From assembly GCA_013416795.1 (NCBI GenBank), contig RQSC01000014.1:1-56878 (forward strand): a stretch of DNA of 56,878 nucleotides, written 5' to 3'. Source of the DNA: Prasinococcaceae sp. CCMP 1430. Taxonomy: Eukaryota > Plantae > Prasinodermophyta. Numbering within the stretch: the stretch's first letter is position 1; each line of letters opens with the position of its first letter. The translations under genes were made by a program, and so were the position numbers. Of the stretch, positions 19,585 to 29,586 are shown piece by piece. The notes under the pieces are model-generated. The model was not told the origin of the DNA and searched no databases. It saw nothing but the letters and a program-made list of their open reading frames with translations.

Positions 19585-22269
19585 ATGGCGGAGGGGGGCG
19601 GCGTGGGAGCAGGTCCGGCGGGCGCGTTTGCAGTCCGAATGGCGACCAAGGGAGCAGTGTACGTGGTGGACGCCGATGAGCACGCGGCAGGTGTCCGAGG
19701 CGCACCATCGCAGGCAACCTCGAGCTCGCTGCACGCCGCAAGGCTGGCGATCGTCGTCGCGGTCATGGCAGCGGCTGCTGCCTGGGCCGCAGGGTACGCC
19801 CCCGATGTGGCGGTGGCAGCAGCAACCGCCGCTTTCGCGTTCGCGGTCGTGCCTCTCATCGCGGGCCTTCGCAGGCTTCCCGACACCATCGGCTTCGGCG
19901 ATTCGCGACCGCGAAAGCGACGGCGACGCGCGTATCGCTTCAAGGTATCCGCACCACTGCTCGCGGGCGGCGCCGATGGCAGCTCCGACAACGCAAGTGC
20001 GCTGCGCGACGATGCATCTGTGCTGGCGACGTGCGACAGCTGGCACCCGCTCGGCGCAGCAGCGAGGCACTGGTGCGCGACGTTGCTCGAGAAGTCGCCG
20101 TCGGCGCCGTCGCGATCTGTGGAGCTGCGCCTCGTCGTGATACACAAGCTGCCGCAGGACCACCCCGACGCAGACCCGGACGCCTTCGGGATGGGTGCCG
20201 AGGGCACAGCCGACGTCGGATTCCCGCCACCGGTCGGAGTCACGCAGGTGGACACGGACACCTCGCCGTCCGACAGCAATTCTGCCGGTGCGACCCCTGA
20301 GAAGGGCACAAAAGCAGAGGATGCGAAGCCTGCATCGATGGTTGCGACAGACGCGGTGGACGTTGCGGACCCAGCGGCGCTTACGGCGATGTTGCGCGGC
20401 GAACCCGGGGTGCCACTCGTTGGTATCGCTTATGTGCAGGTGCTCAAGGGCGTGCGCTGCGACACTATCGTCGGGTCCGAGGCTGCCGCGCGCACCGCGC
20501 ACGCAAGCAGCCGTGGCATTGGCGGCAGCCGCCGCAGCGATGCGATTGCCGTGCTGGAGCTCCCGCTCCTACAGCTTTCAGGCGTCTTCCTGGACGGTGA
20601 GCGCCTCGACGAACCCGCGCAGGCAGCTATGCTGCCGCGCATCGCGCGCGCGGTACTCGCACAGCTCGCTGGCGCCGGCGTCGGCTGCGTGGTCGTGCGC
20701 GCACCCACATCGCAGCAGGCACCGACGTGGCCAATGGCACCCTCGGCGTACGCCGAGTCAGCGCTCATCGGTGCGGGCATGGTGCCAGTAGCGACGATGA
20801 GCGCGCCGGGGGTCGTGATGCCTGTTGGGCCGCGCGCCGCCGGCGTCGAGCGTCCCCGTAGGGTGCGGGCGCCCGGCCGCGGCGCCGCGGAAGGGGCCAC
20901 TGGCTCGATGCAGCGCACCCTGAGCACCCTTGGCGCCAGTGCGCGCCGTCGCCGTCGAATTCGGCGAGCGCTCGACGCGTTCGGGGCCGGCGGAGGGTCT
21001 GTGCGCTGGGCTGGGGGCGGCGCCGAAAGCACGGGGGACGGCGAGAGCAGGGACGTTCGGGCGGCGACTGCTCAGCGCCTCGCCCAGCTTTGGCAGGCAA
21101 CCATACGCAGCAAAGGAATAGGGAGTGGCATTGGGGCACGAGTCACGAGCGGCGTCGCGACTGAAGGCAGTCAACCTCCGGGCGTGCATGGTCCCCGCGT
21201 GCCATCAGAGATGCCGGCCGAGCTGGCGCGAGCGTGGGATGTCGGCGCGCCCTTCTTCAGTGCGCTGCTAGAAGCGCCAGCGTCATCGACGTTGCGCGTT
21301 GCCATCGCTTGCGATGGGAAATCGCACGCGCGTGCGTTTGCGCTCGCGCTCGGCCGAGGCTCCGCCGAGCCGTGGAGCGGAAGAGAGGGCCCGCTCGCGC
21401 TGCGCATGGGCGCCGCTGACACCTGTGGTGACTCGGCGAGGAGGGCACGCGACGCACTGACCGCGATCCTGTGCGACACGGCGAGACGTGTGGGCGCGGC
21501 GGGCGACTGGGGATTACCCGCAAGCACAGACGCCTCCGCGGAGGAAGGGACGGCCGAGGCACCTTCAGGCAGCGCGTCAACTTACCCACCCATCGAGTCG
21601 GAGACTTGGTTCGTAGACGTTGGGTGCGGCGGCTACGAGATGAAGCGCGCACTGCAATGCAAGCGCGTGGACTCGGTGGTGTATGCGCTCATCGACGGCG
21701 CGGCGCGCGCGGTGCCCGGCCGCGTGCCCTCGGAGCTCGAGGCACCCATTGTGCTTCGGCCCCACCGTCTGCCCGAGGTGGCATCGAGGCTGCCCGAGTG
21801 GAGTGTGCTGGAGAGCGACGAGGCGCGCAACAAACGAGAGGCTCGCGAGGTGCTCCACGCGCACCGCGAGCGCGAGTTCTACCGCGTCGGAGCGGGCTTG
21901 GGCGCCGGGATGTCGCGACATGAGATTCGCAGGCAGCTGCGCAAACGTCGCAGGATGCTGGCGCGCGCAGCTGCCGCGAGCGCTCGGCCCCGCGCTGCGG
22001 ACGATGGCAGCACCGCCTCGCCTGCAAAGCAAGACACTGGTGAACCGAGCGACGGCAGCGACGCCTTTGCCGACAGCGCAGACCACGCGCGTCAAGCGAG
22101 TGACGACGAGCGCAATGCGTCGTTCGAGGACGCCGCGAGCGACGTGGACGGCGCGGAGGTGCGCGAAGGCGTCGACGCGTTGGAGCCGCCCGAAGTCGGC
22201 TCCGCCAGCAGCGAGGACGGGGATCGCGAGGAGGTCTTTCTATCCCCTGAAACGCAGCGCACTGTGTAA
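19585..22269 (+). CDS. Large membrane-anchored hypothetical protein with a degenerate FemAB/Acetyltransf_6-like GNAT region
   Basis: 894-codon ORF, two N-terminal hydrophobic segments; PLVGIAYVQ, RRRRIRRAL, PFFSALL, RAFALAL, WFVDVGCGGYEMKRALQC are reminiscent of tandem-GNAT FemAB-like proteins. The ORF is well supported, the family call is weak. Confidence 0.5.
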   Translation: MAEGGGVGAGPAGAFAVRMATKGAVYVVDADEHAAGVRGAPSQATSSSLHAARLAIVVAVMAAAAAWAAGYAPDVAVAAATAAFAFAVVPLIAGLRRLPDTIGFGDSRPRKRRRRAYRFKVSAPLLAGGADGSSDNASALRDDASVLATCDSWHPLGAAARHWCATLLEKSPSAPSRSVELRLVVIHKLPQDHPDADPDAFGMGAEGTADVGFPPPVGVTQVDTDTSPSDSNSAGATPEKGTKAEDAKPASMVATDAVDVADPAALTAMLRGEPGVPLVGIAYVQVLKGVRCDTIVGSEAAARTAHASSRGIGGSRRSDAIAVLELPLLQLSGVFLDGERLDEPAQAAMLPRIARAVLAQLAGAGVGCVVVRAPTSQQAPTWPMAPSAYAESALIGAGMVPVATMSAPGVVMPVGPRAAGVERPRRVRAPGRGAAEGATGSMQRTLSTLGASARRRRRIRRALDAFGAGGGSVRWAGGGAESTGDGESRDVRAATAQRLAQLWQATIRSKGIGSGIGARVTSGVATEGSQPPGVHGPRVPSEMPAELARAWDVGAPFFSALLEAPASSTLRVAIACDGKSHARAFALALGRGSAEPWSGREGPLALRMGAADTCGDSARRARDALTAILCDTARRVGAAGDWGLPASTDASAEEGTAEAPSGSASTYPPIESETWFVDVGCGGYEMKRALQCKRVDSVVYALIDGAARAVPGRVPSELEAPIVLRPHRLPEVASRLPEWSVLESDEARNKREAREVLHAHREREFYRVGAGLGAGMSRHEIRRQLRKRRRMLARAAAASARPRAADDGSTASPAKQDTGEPSDGSDAFADSADHARQASDDERNASFEDAASDVDGAEVREGVDALEPPEVGSASSEDGDREEVFLSPETQRTV

Positions 22270-22515
22270 GTGGTGTGTTCTCATCGCTACTCGTGCGTTG
22301 CCCTTACAGCAGCTGGCGCAGGATGGTCTCTCTATATCGTTTTGTACACGGCGCAGAGGGAGTGGTCCGCATTCCCATGCTCCTCCGGTGGATGAGGGGA
22401 TGGAGTCGCCCACGCGCAGTCCCCTCCGCACCGCTGCCTTCCTGGATTTGCCTCTCGTAAAGTTATGACGACTGTGCTGCGCGCTCGCTGCTCGCGTGCT
22501 GCTGTGCTCGCCTGC

Positions 22516-23586
22516 TTAGCAGTCGTCAATGGCGAGGAGGCTGAACGGATTGTGCATGTCCGGCCTGCCGGGGTCGTCATCGTCTTCATCCTCTTCGGTG
22601 TCGTCCTCATCGTCCTCCCAGCTGTCCGCGGTGGGCTTGGGCTTCAAGACGCCCGAGGGCGTGCGGATCGCTTTAGGGGGCTGCCCCGGGGCGACGACGG
22701 CCTTGGACGACGGGATGCCGTGCGTTGGCATGACACTTTTCCCGGCAGCGATGTGCTTCACGAGCGCGTCGGTGTTGGCCTTGAGCTCAGCGCGGCGCCT
22801 CTCATTTTCCTCCCTGCGTGCCTTGCGTTCGTTGTCGAGCCTCTCGAGTTCGAGCAGCCTCTCGGACGTGTTCGCCGGCTTGGCGTCGCCAAAAGGGTTG
22901 GGCCTGCCGCACGCAGGGCTGGACTGCGCGCCGATTGCGCCTGCTTGGGCGGAGCGCGGCGCCAGATTGAGCTTAGGCCTCATCGACGATGCAGGCGATG
23001 CCGTCGGCAGCGACGTCGGCGGGGCGGACGAGGGCGGCCCGGAGGCCATCCCCTGCTGGAGCGTGGACACCGGGCGCACGGGCGGCGCGGAGGGCATGTC
23101 CGGGCGCACGGTCACCGGCCGACCGCGCACGACCGTTCCGTCCTTGCGCAGCGCCTTGAGGAGCAACTCGTGATTCTCGAAGTCGATGAAGATGCCTCGC
23201 AGGCGGCCCGAGTCGCGGTGCCTGATGGGCCGCATGTCGGTGATGATCGTGGGCGCAAACACCATCTCCACCTCCTCGGGAGTCACCGAGTGGGGAAGGT
23301 TGCTCACGAATGCGGTGACGCACGTGGGGGATACTCCCCCCGCGGCGACGCGGTGCGCGCTCCGGCTGTTGTAAGCCCCGCCTCCAGAGTAGGCGGGCGG
23401 CGCAGGGGCCGCGGGGGCGTCGCCGTGGCTCGTGAACCGCCTGGGACCGTCGCGCGGGTATTGGCCGGGGTGCGGTCTGCCGCCGCCGTCGCCCTGGCCT
23501 GAGTGTTGGCGGTGCATTGGCTGCGGCGGCATGAAGCCGCTCGCCATGCGCACGTCGCCGCTCGGGCGCGCTTCCACCTGCATCAT
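22516..23586 (-). CDS. EIF4B: eIF4B/eIF4H-like RRM protein
   Basis: RRM (TAFVSNLP..., GRLRGIFIDFE, LRKDG..VRGRPVTV), then RPKLNLAPRS and RPNPFGDAKP motifs and a charged coiled-coil; ATG 23586; TGTAA at 22308-22304. Confidence 0.75.
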   Translation of the reverse strand: MMQVEARPSGDVRMASGFMPPQPMHRQHSGQGDGGGRPHPGQYPRDGPRRFTSHGDAPAAPAPPAYSGGGAYNSRSAHRVAAGGVSPTCVTAFVSNLPHSVTPEEVEMVFAPTIITDMRPIRHRDSGRLRGIFIDFENHELLLKALRKDGTVVRGRPVTVRPDMPSAPPVRPVSTLQQGMASGPPSSAPPTSLPTASPASSMRPKLNLAPRSAQAGAIGAQSSPACGRPNPFGDAKPANTSERLLELERLDNERKARREENERRRAELKANTDALVKHIAAGKSVMPTHGIPSSKAVVAPGQPPKAIRTPSGVLKPKPTADSWEDDEDDTEEDEDDDDPGRPDMHNPFSLLAIDDC

Positions 23587-24008
23587 ACTAGACGGCACTT
23601 GAGGGAGGGGCAGCGGTCTGCTGCGTCCGTTCGCCGCACGCGCAGTCGAGGTGCGCCTCGGACGGCGTCAGGGCGCGCTCACCCCTGTTCCCTCTCCCTC
23701 CCTGTTCTCGCCGAGCGAGGCGCGGCCGGCCTCGCGCTTCGCACCGCACCGAGCCAATCCTCCCGGTGACGCCGCTTGCACCACCGCTCCGCGGCCAGAG
23801 CGCCCACTCTGTCCCGCGCCCCGCCGTGGGAGCCGCGCGCGCGACAAAAAAAAAACGTCGCCTCGCGCGCGCGCGCGCGCGCCGCCCGCCCGTCCGCCCC
23901 TCGTCCTCCTTTTCGTCGTCGTCGTCGTCCTCCTCCCCCTTCCCCCTCTCACAACCGCCGGCTCAGCCGCGCAGCGCACCCCCTCTGGCCCCTCCCCCCC
24001 ACGCGCAG

Positions 24009-24135
24009 GGCGGCCGCCGCGGGCTACCGCCGCCAGCGCGAGCTCATGCTGCGCGGCGCCGCCGAGCTCTGCGAGGGCTACGCGCGCTCCTGCGCCCAGC
24101 GCGCCGAGGAGCTTGCCGCCGCAGCCGCGGCGTGA
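24009..24135 (+). other. Orphan terminal-exon-like segment
   Basis: Pyrimidine-rich tract + CGCAG acceptor at 24008, then AAAGYRRQRELMLRGAAELCEGYARSCAQRAEELAAAAAA*; no upstream exon found. Confidence 0.3.
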
Positions 24136-24196
24136 GCGCGGCCCCGGGAGACCCAGGAGGCCCACACGCCCACGCGCAGGCTCGCACCGCGTACAG

Positions 24197-24370
24197 CACA
24201 GGCAGAAAATGCCATCGCGGCCCGTGCCTTCGATTTCGGCGAGGAGCCTCTCGTACACGCCGAGGTCGTCGCGCGCCGCGGCGAAGCCTGGCACGAGCAC
24301 GACGTCCCACGGCGTGGGACGGGTGCCGTACGTGCGAGCGGACGCATCGCCGCACACGACGCGCGCGCAT
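24197..24370 (-). pseudogene. Isolated coding-like fragment (frameshifted after ATG)
   Basis: VVCGDASARTYGTRPTPWDVVLVPGFAAARDDLGVYERLLAEIEGTGRDGIF has the locus codon bias; the ATG at 24370 is out of frame across a (CG)n run; no downstream exon found. Confidence 0.3.
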
Positions 24371-24493
24371 AAACATTTAACCCTATTTCCAAACCTAACC
24401 CAAAATACGCGGTCTGACGTGTCACGTGCGCACGTCAAAACGCATGCGAGCCCGTCCGGTAAGGATTTGGATAAGGATTTGGATTTGGGGGCG

Positions 24494-24590
24494 GTGTGTG
24501 TGCGCGTGCGCGCGCGTGCGGCGTGGCGTGTGCGTGTGTGCGTGTGCGTGTGTGCGTGTGTGTGTCGTGTGTGTGTGTGTGTGTGTGAGC

Positions 24591-24639
<49 letters not shown>

Positions 24640-24773
24640 TGCGTGTGTGTGTGTGCGCGCGCGCGTGTGTGTATGTGTGTGTGTGCTGGCGCGCGTGTGT
24701 GTGGGACTGTGCGTTGCGTGTGTGTGTGTGTGCGCATGTGTGTCTGCGTGTGTGTGTGTGCGAATGCGCGCGT
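24494..24773. repeat. Compound microsatellite: (TG/CG)n - (AC)23 - (TG/CG)n
   Basis: Imperfect TG repeats 24494-24586, pure AC repeat 24592-24637, imperfect TG repeats 24638-24773. Confidence 0.95.
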
Positions 24774-25217
24774 GTCCGGGCTCGCGCCGCGCAGCCTTAT
24801 CCGCAATCCGCGGCGGCCGCCGGTGCGAACGCGAAGAAATCCCGCGCGCCCCTTCTTTTTTTTTCGCGCGCGCGCCCGGCTTCGGTCGAGCGCGATCGAA
24901 ACCGGCGCCGCGAAAATCGCCGGCCGGCCCGGAACGCATCGGAGCGCGCCCCCGAAAACGCGGAAGGAACGGCGTGGGTTGCACGACCTTTTTTTCCTTT
25001 TTTTTTGCCCTGCGTTTTCATCCGGGCGCGCGCGCGCGCGCGCGCCTTTTTTCCGCGAGCGCTCTGGCAGATCTTTTGCGCATGCCGCGCGAGATCGCGC
25101 CGCGCCACACAGCGCGCGCCTGCTGCCCGCCCAGCCTCACCCGCTCCCACCCACTTCTTTCTCCCTCTCTCTTGGCGGCTCTCTCCGCCCCTCCCCCCCC
25201 CCTCCCCCCTCACCTAG

Positions 25218-25864
25218 GAGCGATGATGACCTCGGGCGTGGCGACGGCGCCGCGCGCCGCGGCGCGCGTCCGCGAGCGCGCTCGACGTCGACGCGCTCAT
25301 GCACAACAGCTCCTTCCTGGGCTTCGCTGCCGTCATGGTGTGCTGGGCGGGGCCGCAGTCGCTCGGTATGATGGTGCTGGCGCGCAAGGAGGAGGACGGC
25401 CGGGAGCTGCTCGCATCCAAGGTGCGCGCTCTAGCTAGCAGGTGTTGGTGGACGCCACGCCCACCGCACCACGCCAACGACCCCGTCGAAGGCCGCGCAA
25501 ACGCGCCGCGCGTCGATGGGCTGACCCACGCTCGCCCGCGCGCGCCCGCAAACGTCCCACGCGCGCGCACGCTCGCAGGGCGTAAGCACGGACGACATCC
25601 CCAAGGGTGACTGTACGTGGCGCCAATGCCCGCCTCCTCAAGACGCACGCCATCGCGCGCGCACCCGCCAACCAACCGCCACCGCGACGTGCGAGGACGC
25701 GCACGCACTTGCGCACTGCCCAGTCGCGCTGCGCGCTCGCGGCTGCTTGGTGGATGTCTCATCGCTGACGGCAGGCGCGCGCCCACGCTCTCGGGTGAAC
25801 AGGGGGGCGGGTCCGCACGCGCCTCAAGGACAACGGGCTGCTGCCAAGCCAGCAGAAGAAGTGA
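25218..25864 (+). pseudogene. Two-exon gene remnant or error-ridden small membrane-protein gene
   Basis: Acceptor CCTAG 25217; [50 protein letters not shown] then donor GTGCGC 25422; CTGAC branch + GCAG acceptor 25774; second exon has in-frame TGA at 25796 before RVRTRLKDNGLLPSQQKK*. Confidence 0.3.
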
Positions 25865-26084
25865 GCCTGGGGGGAACGCATCGGATGGCGGGGCGCCGCC
25901 CGCACCCGCAACGAAGGCGCTGCGCTGCGTGCGCGCGCACGACCGACACACGTTGTCACCCCGCCGCCACACCAGCCCGCCGCCGACACGCTCGACGCGA
26001 CCGCGCTCGAGGTTCACAAACAACTTTTTTTATACACTGGCTTGGTTGCCACGCGCAACAGTAAACCTCATTGCTGGGAACGCC

Positions 26085-27442
26085 TTACTCGTCGCGGGCG
26101 GCGTACCTGACGATGTCGGCGTCGCGGCAGTTGATGCCCGTCATGGGCGCGCCCAGGTCGCACGAGACCTCCGCGAGCACCTTGGGGTCGTTGTAGTGCG
26201 CGACGGCCTGCACGATGGCGCGCGCGCGCTTCTCCGGGTTGGTGGACTTGAAGATGCCGCTGCCGACGAACACGCCGTCGACGCCAAGCTGCATCATGAG
26301 CGCCGCATCGGCGGGCGTCGCGACGCCGCCCGCGGCGAAGTTGACCACGGGCAGGCGGCCGAGCTCCTTGGTCTTCTTGACCAGCTCCACGGGCACGCGG
26401 TGCTCCTTGGCGAACACGTACAGCTCGTCCTCGTCCATGTTCTTCAGCATGCGGATCTGGCCCAGCACCGCGCGCGAGTGCGTCACGGCCTCGACGACGT
26501 CGCCGGTGCCAGCCTCGCCCTTGGTGCGGATCTATACGGCGCGGTGTGTGCCGAGAGGCGCCGGCGTGCGTCAGCGACGGCGTCCGCGAGGCTGGCGGTG
26601 GCGGAGGGCATGAGCGCCGCCGCGCCACGCGAGTGTCGCGATGGGGCGTGCGCACGCCCCGCGCGGGGCGCACGGCACTGCCTACACTTCTGCGCCGCGC
26701 TGCGAGATGCGCTGAGCGCTCGCATGCGCGGGGCGCGGGGCGCGGCCGGCGGTGACGCACCATCGCAGCGCCCTCGGCGATGCGGCGGAGCGCCTCGCCG
26801 AGGTTGCGGCAGCCGCACACGAAGGGGATCTTGAACTTGTGCTTGTTGATGTGATGCACCTGGTCCGCCGGGGTGAGCACCTCGGACTCGTCAATGTAGT
26901 CGATGTCGAGCGCCTCGATGATCTGCGCCTCGACGAAGTGGCCGATGCGTGCCTGCGCGCGAGAGAGGCAGAGCGCGGTCACGGACGGCCACGGGCGCGG
27001 GCGCAGGAGCGGCGCATAGCGCGGGCCTCGCGTCAGCAGAGGCGCGCGGCAGGCGACTCGAGGCGGCGGTGCGGCGCGCGAGCTGCTCAGGGGAAAAGGC
27101 GCAGCAGCCGCACGCGTTTGTCCAGCGCGCTCCACGGGGGCGGTATGCGGCGCGGGGCATGCGACGCCTGGCGCCCTTTGACGTCCGAACCCTTGGCGCC
27201 GCCGGCCGCCACTGCGCGCCACCCATGCGCGTTGCGCCGCGCCTCACCTTGGCCATGACGGGGATGGTGACGGAGGCCTTGATCTCCTTGATCATCGAGG
27301 GGTCCGACATGCGCGCGACGCCGCCCTCCTTGCGGATGTCCGCCGGCACGCGCTCGAGCGCCATGACGGCAACGGCGCCCGCCTCCTCGGCGATGCGCGC
27401 CTGCTCGGGCGTCACCACGTCCATGATGACACCGCCCTTGAG
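26085..27442 (-). CDS. PDX1: Pyridoxal 5'-phosphate synthase subunit PDX1; exons 27442-27248, 26952-26761, 26531-26085; first exon probably in the N-gap
   Basis: [27 protein letters not shown]|[23 protein letters not shown]|[48 protein letters not shown]; all introns GT-AG, phase 0. Confidence 0.97.
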
Positions 27443-27610
27443 CTGCGGGCGTCGCGTGCGCAAGAGGTGCGGACGCGAGCGTGGGCGCGTTGGTGCGAGA
27501 GGTCAGTAACGAGCACCATGCGCCCCTCCAGGGCGCGGCGCGTGGCTGCGCCGCGCGCCGCGGGCCGCCGCAGCCGCGCAGCGGGCAGCGGACCGCCCCC
27601 TCGCAGGGGG

Positions 27611-28083
27611 NNNNNNNNNNNNNNNNNNNNNNNNNNNNNNNNNNNNNNNNNNNNNNNNNNNNNNNNNNNNNNNNNNNNNNNNNNNNNNNNNNNNNNNNNN
27701 NNNNNNNNNNNNNNNNNNNNNNNNNNNNNNNNNNNNNNNNNNNNNNNNNNNNNNNNNNNNNNNNNNNNNNNNNNNNNNNNNNNNNNNNNNNNNNNNNNNN
27801 NNNNNNNNNNNNNNNNNNNNNNNNNNNNNNNNNNNNNNNNNNNNNNNNNNNNNNNNNNNNNNNNNNNNNNNNNNNNNNNNNNNNNNNNNNNNNNNNNNNN
27901 NNNNNNNNNNNNNNNNNNNNNNNNNNNNNNNNNNNNNNNNNNNNNNNNNNNNNNNNNNNNNNNNNNNNNNNNNNNNNNNNNNNNNNNNNNNNNNNNNNNN
28001 NNNNNNNNNNNNNNNNNNNNNNNNNNNNNNNNNNNNNNNNNNNNNNNNNNNNNNNNNNNNNNNNNNNNNNNNNNNNNNNNNNN
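27611..28083. other. Assembly gap (N)
   Basis: Run of N. Confidence 1.
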
Positions 28084-29531
28084 NGCGGTCGGCGGGGGCG
28101 GGGGCGGCGGGGAGGCGCCGCGCCTGCGCCGCCTCGCGCTCGGCCAGCGTCCAGCCGCACAGGGACGTCGCGGAGAGAGGCCGCCGCGGCGGCACCTGCC
28201 ACACGGCGCGAGCGACCGCCTCGGCGGCGTCGGCGAGCAGCCGCTCGCCGCGGCCGTACTCGTACGCGTCGTCGTTCAGCACACCATTGGCATTGGTGTA
28301 CACGGTGGCCGCCAGGAAGAAGCCGCGTCCGGTCTCCACGTCGACGATGTAGGCGTTGTCGCACGTGTGTCCGTACGCCTGGCCAATCTTGTTGTACACG
28401 CGCAGGGCGTTGGGCTCGAGCACGCGCCGCAGGCCCGGCAGGAAAAACTTGCACCACTCGTCCGGGTGGCGCTCACGAGCGTAGCTGGGGTTGGCGCTCG
28501 CGCGCGGGTACTGCGCCATGGCCTCGCGCAGCAGCTCGCAGTGGTCGCTGCTCAGGCCGAACCCCGGTGCGCCCTCGGGCACCACATCGGGCGCGAGCAG
28601 CTTGACGAGGCAGTCCTGCAGCTCGGGCAGCGACATCGCGTTCTTGCGCGAGCAGTCCAGCGGCGCGTCCACGCGCGCGCCGCCACCCGCCGGGACATGC
28701 GCCCTGCCCAGCGCAGCGCCCTCGTTCAGCGGCACGCGGAGCGTTGACCGCTGCGGGGGCAGGCAATACGCGCCGTGTGCGCCCGCAGGGTGCACCTCCA
28801 CCGCCGGCGTGAGCGCGTCCTCCTCGGCGGTGCGCGGCACGGGCGCATCGCTCAGCCGATGGTGCACGCGCGTTGAGCGCAGGCCTGCCGTCCACATGGA
28901 GCGGTTGACGGCCGCCTGGCCGGCGAAGTCATACAGCCGGTTGAACGCGTCGTTGTCGCTCACGAGGAAGAGCTTGCGTACCTCGTGCGCGACGGTGACG
29001 GCGCGGCCGCGCGCATTGGTCGGGTCCAAGGAGATAGCACCGGGTGCGCCTGCGAGCGCGCCGTGGATCACGAGCGGCGAGTCCGCGTCGCACGCGCCCT
29101 CGCCGAGCGCGCCGCGCAGCGCCTGCACACGCTGCAGCGCCGCGATTGCGGCGCACACCTTTATGGCGCTCGCCGGGTAGAAGTACGCGTCAGGCGCGCC
29201 GCTCTCGCCGCAGCGCACGTACGAGCGCTCAAGCGCGAGGGGCGGACCAGCAGACGGGTTTGGGGCAGGGGTAGGGCCGGGGCCGATCTGGCCGCCACGC
29301 GCGCGCCCGGGCGCGGGGACGACCTCAGCGAGCGCTAGCTGCAGGTTGAGCTCGTCCGCCTCGTCCAGCGCCGCCGCCAGCGCCGGTGAGGCCGCGCGCA
29401 GCGAGCGCTCGCGCGCGCGGCGCGCGCTCTGGCGGGCTGCGGCGGCGCCGCGCGCACGCGTCCGAGCTTCGACCCAATGATTTGCCGAAAACGGAGGTGC
29501 GCTCGGGCAGCGCGCGCAGACTCGCGGCCAT
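28084..29531 (-). CDS. Class A beta-lactamase-like serine hydrolase (Beta-lactamase2-type); 3' end in gap, 5' end needs a frame correction
   Basis: YFYPASAIK (SxxK), VSDNDAFNRL (SDN), VYNKIGQAYG (KxG), FFLAATVYTNANGVLNDDAYEY. The frame is open upstream to ~29530, but the only ATG (29531) is in a neighbouring frame across (CG)n runs. Confidence 0.8.
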
Positions 29532-29586
29532 TTTCAGGGCGGATGGGCCGGGAGGGCGGCAATTGAATAGGTGCGTGGTGATTCTC

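Noticed and set aside
23651-25438. Long ORFs with HT/CV/RA dipeptide repeats
   Set aside because: Translations of the microsatellite, not proteins.
25796-25798. In-frame TGA as selenocysteine
   Set aside because: No redox motif context or SECIS recognised; compensating homopolymer errors or pseudogenisation explain it more simply.
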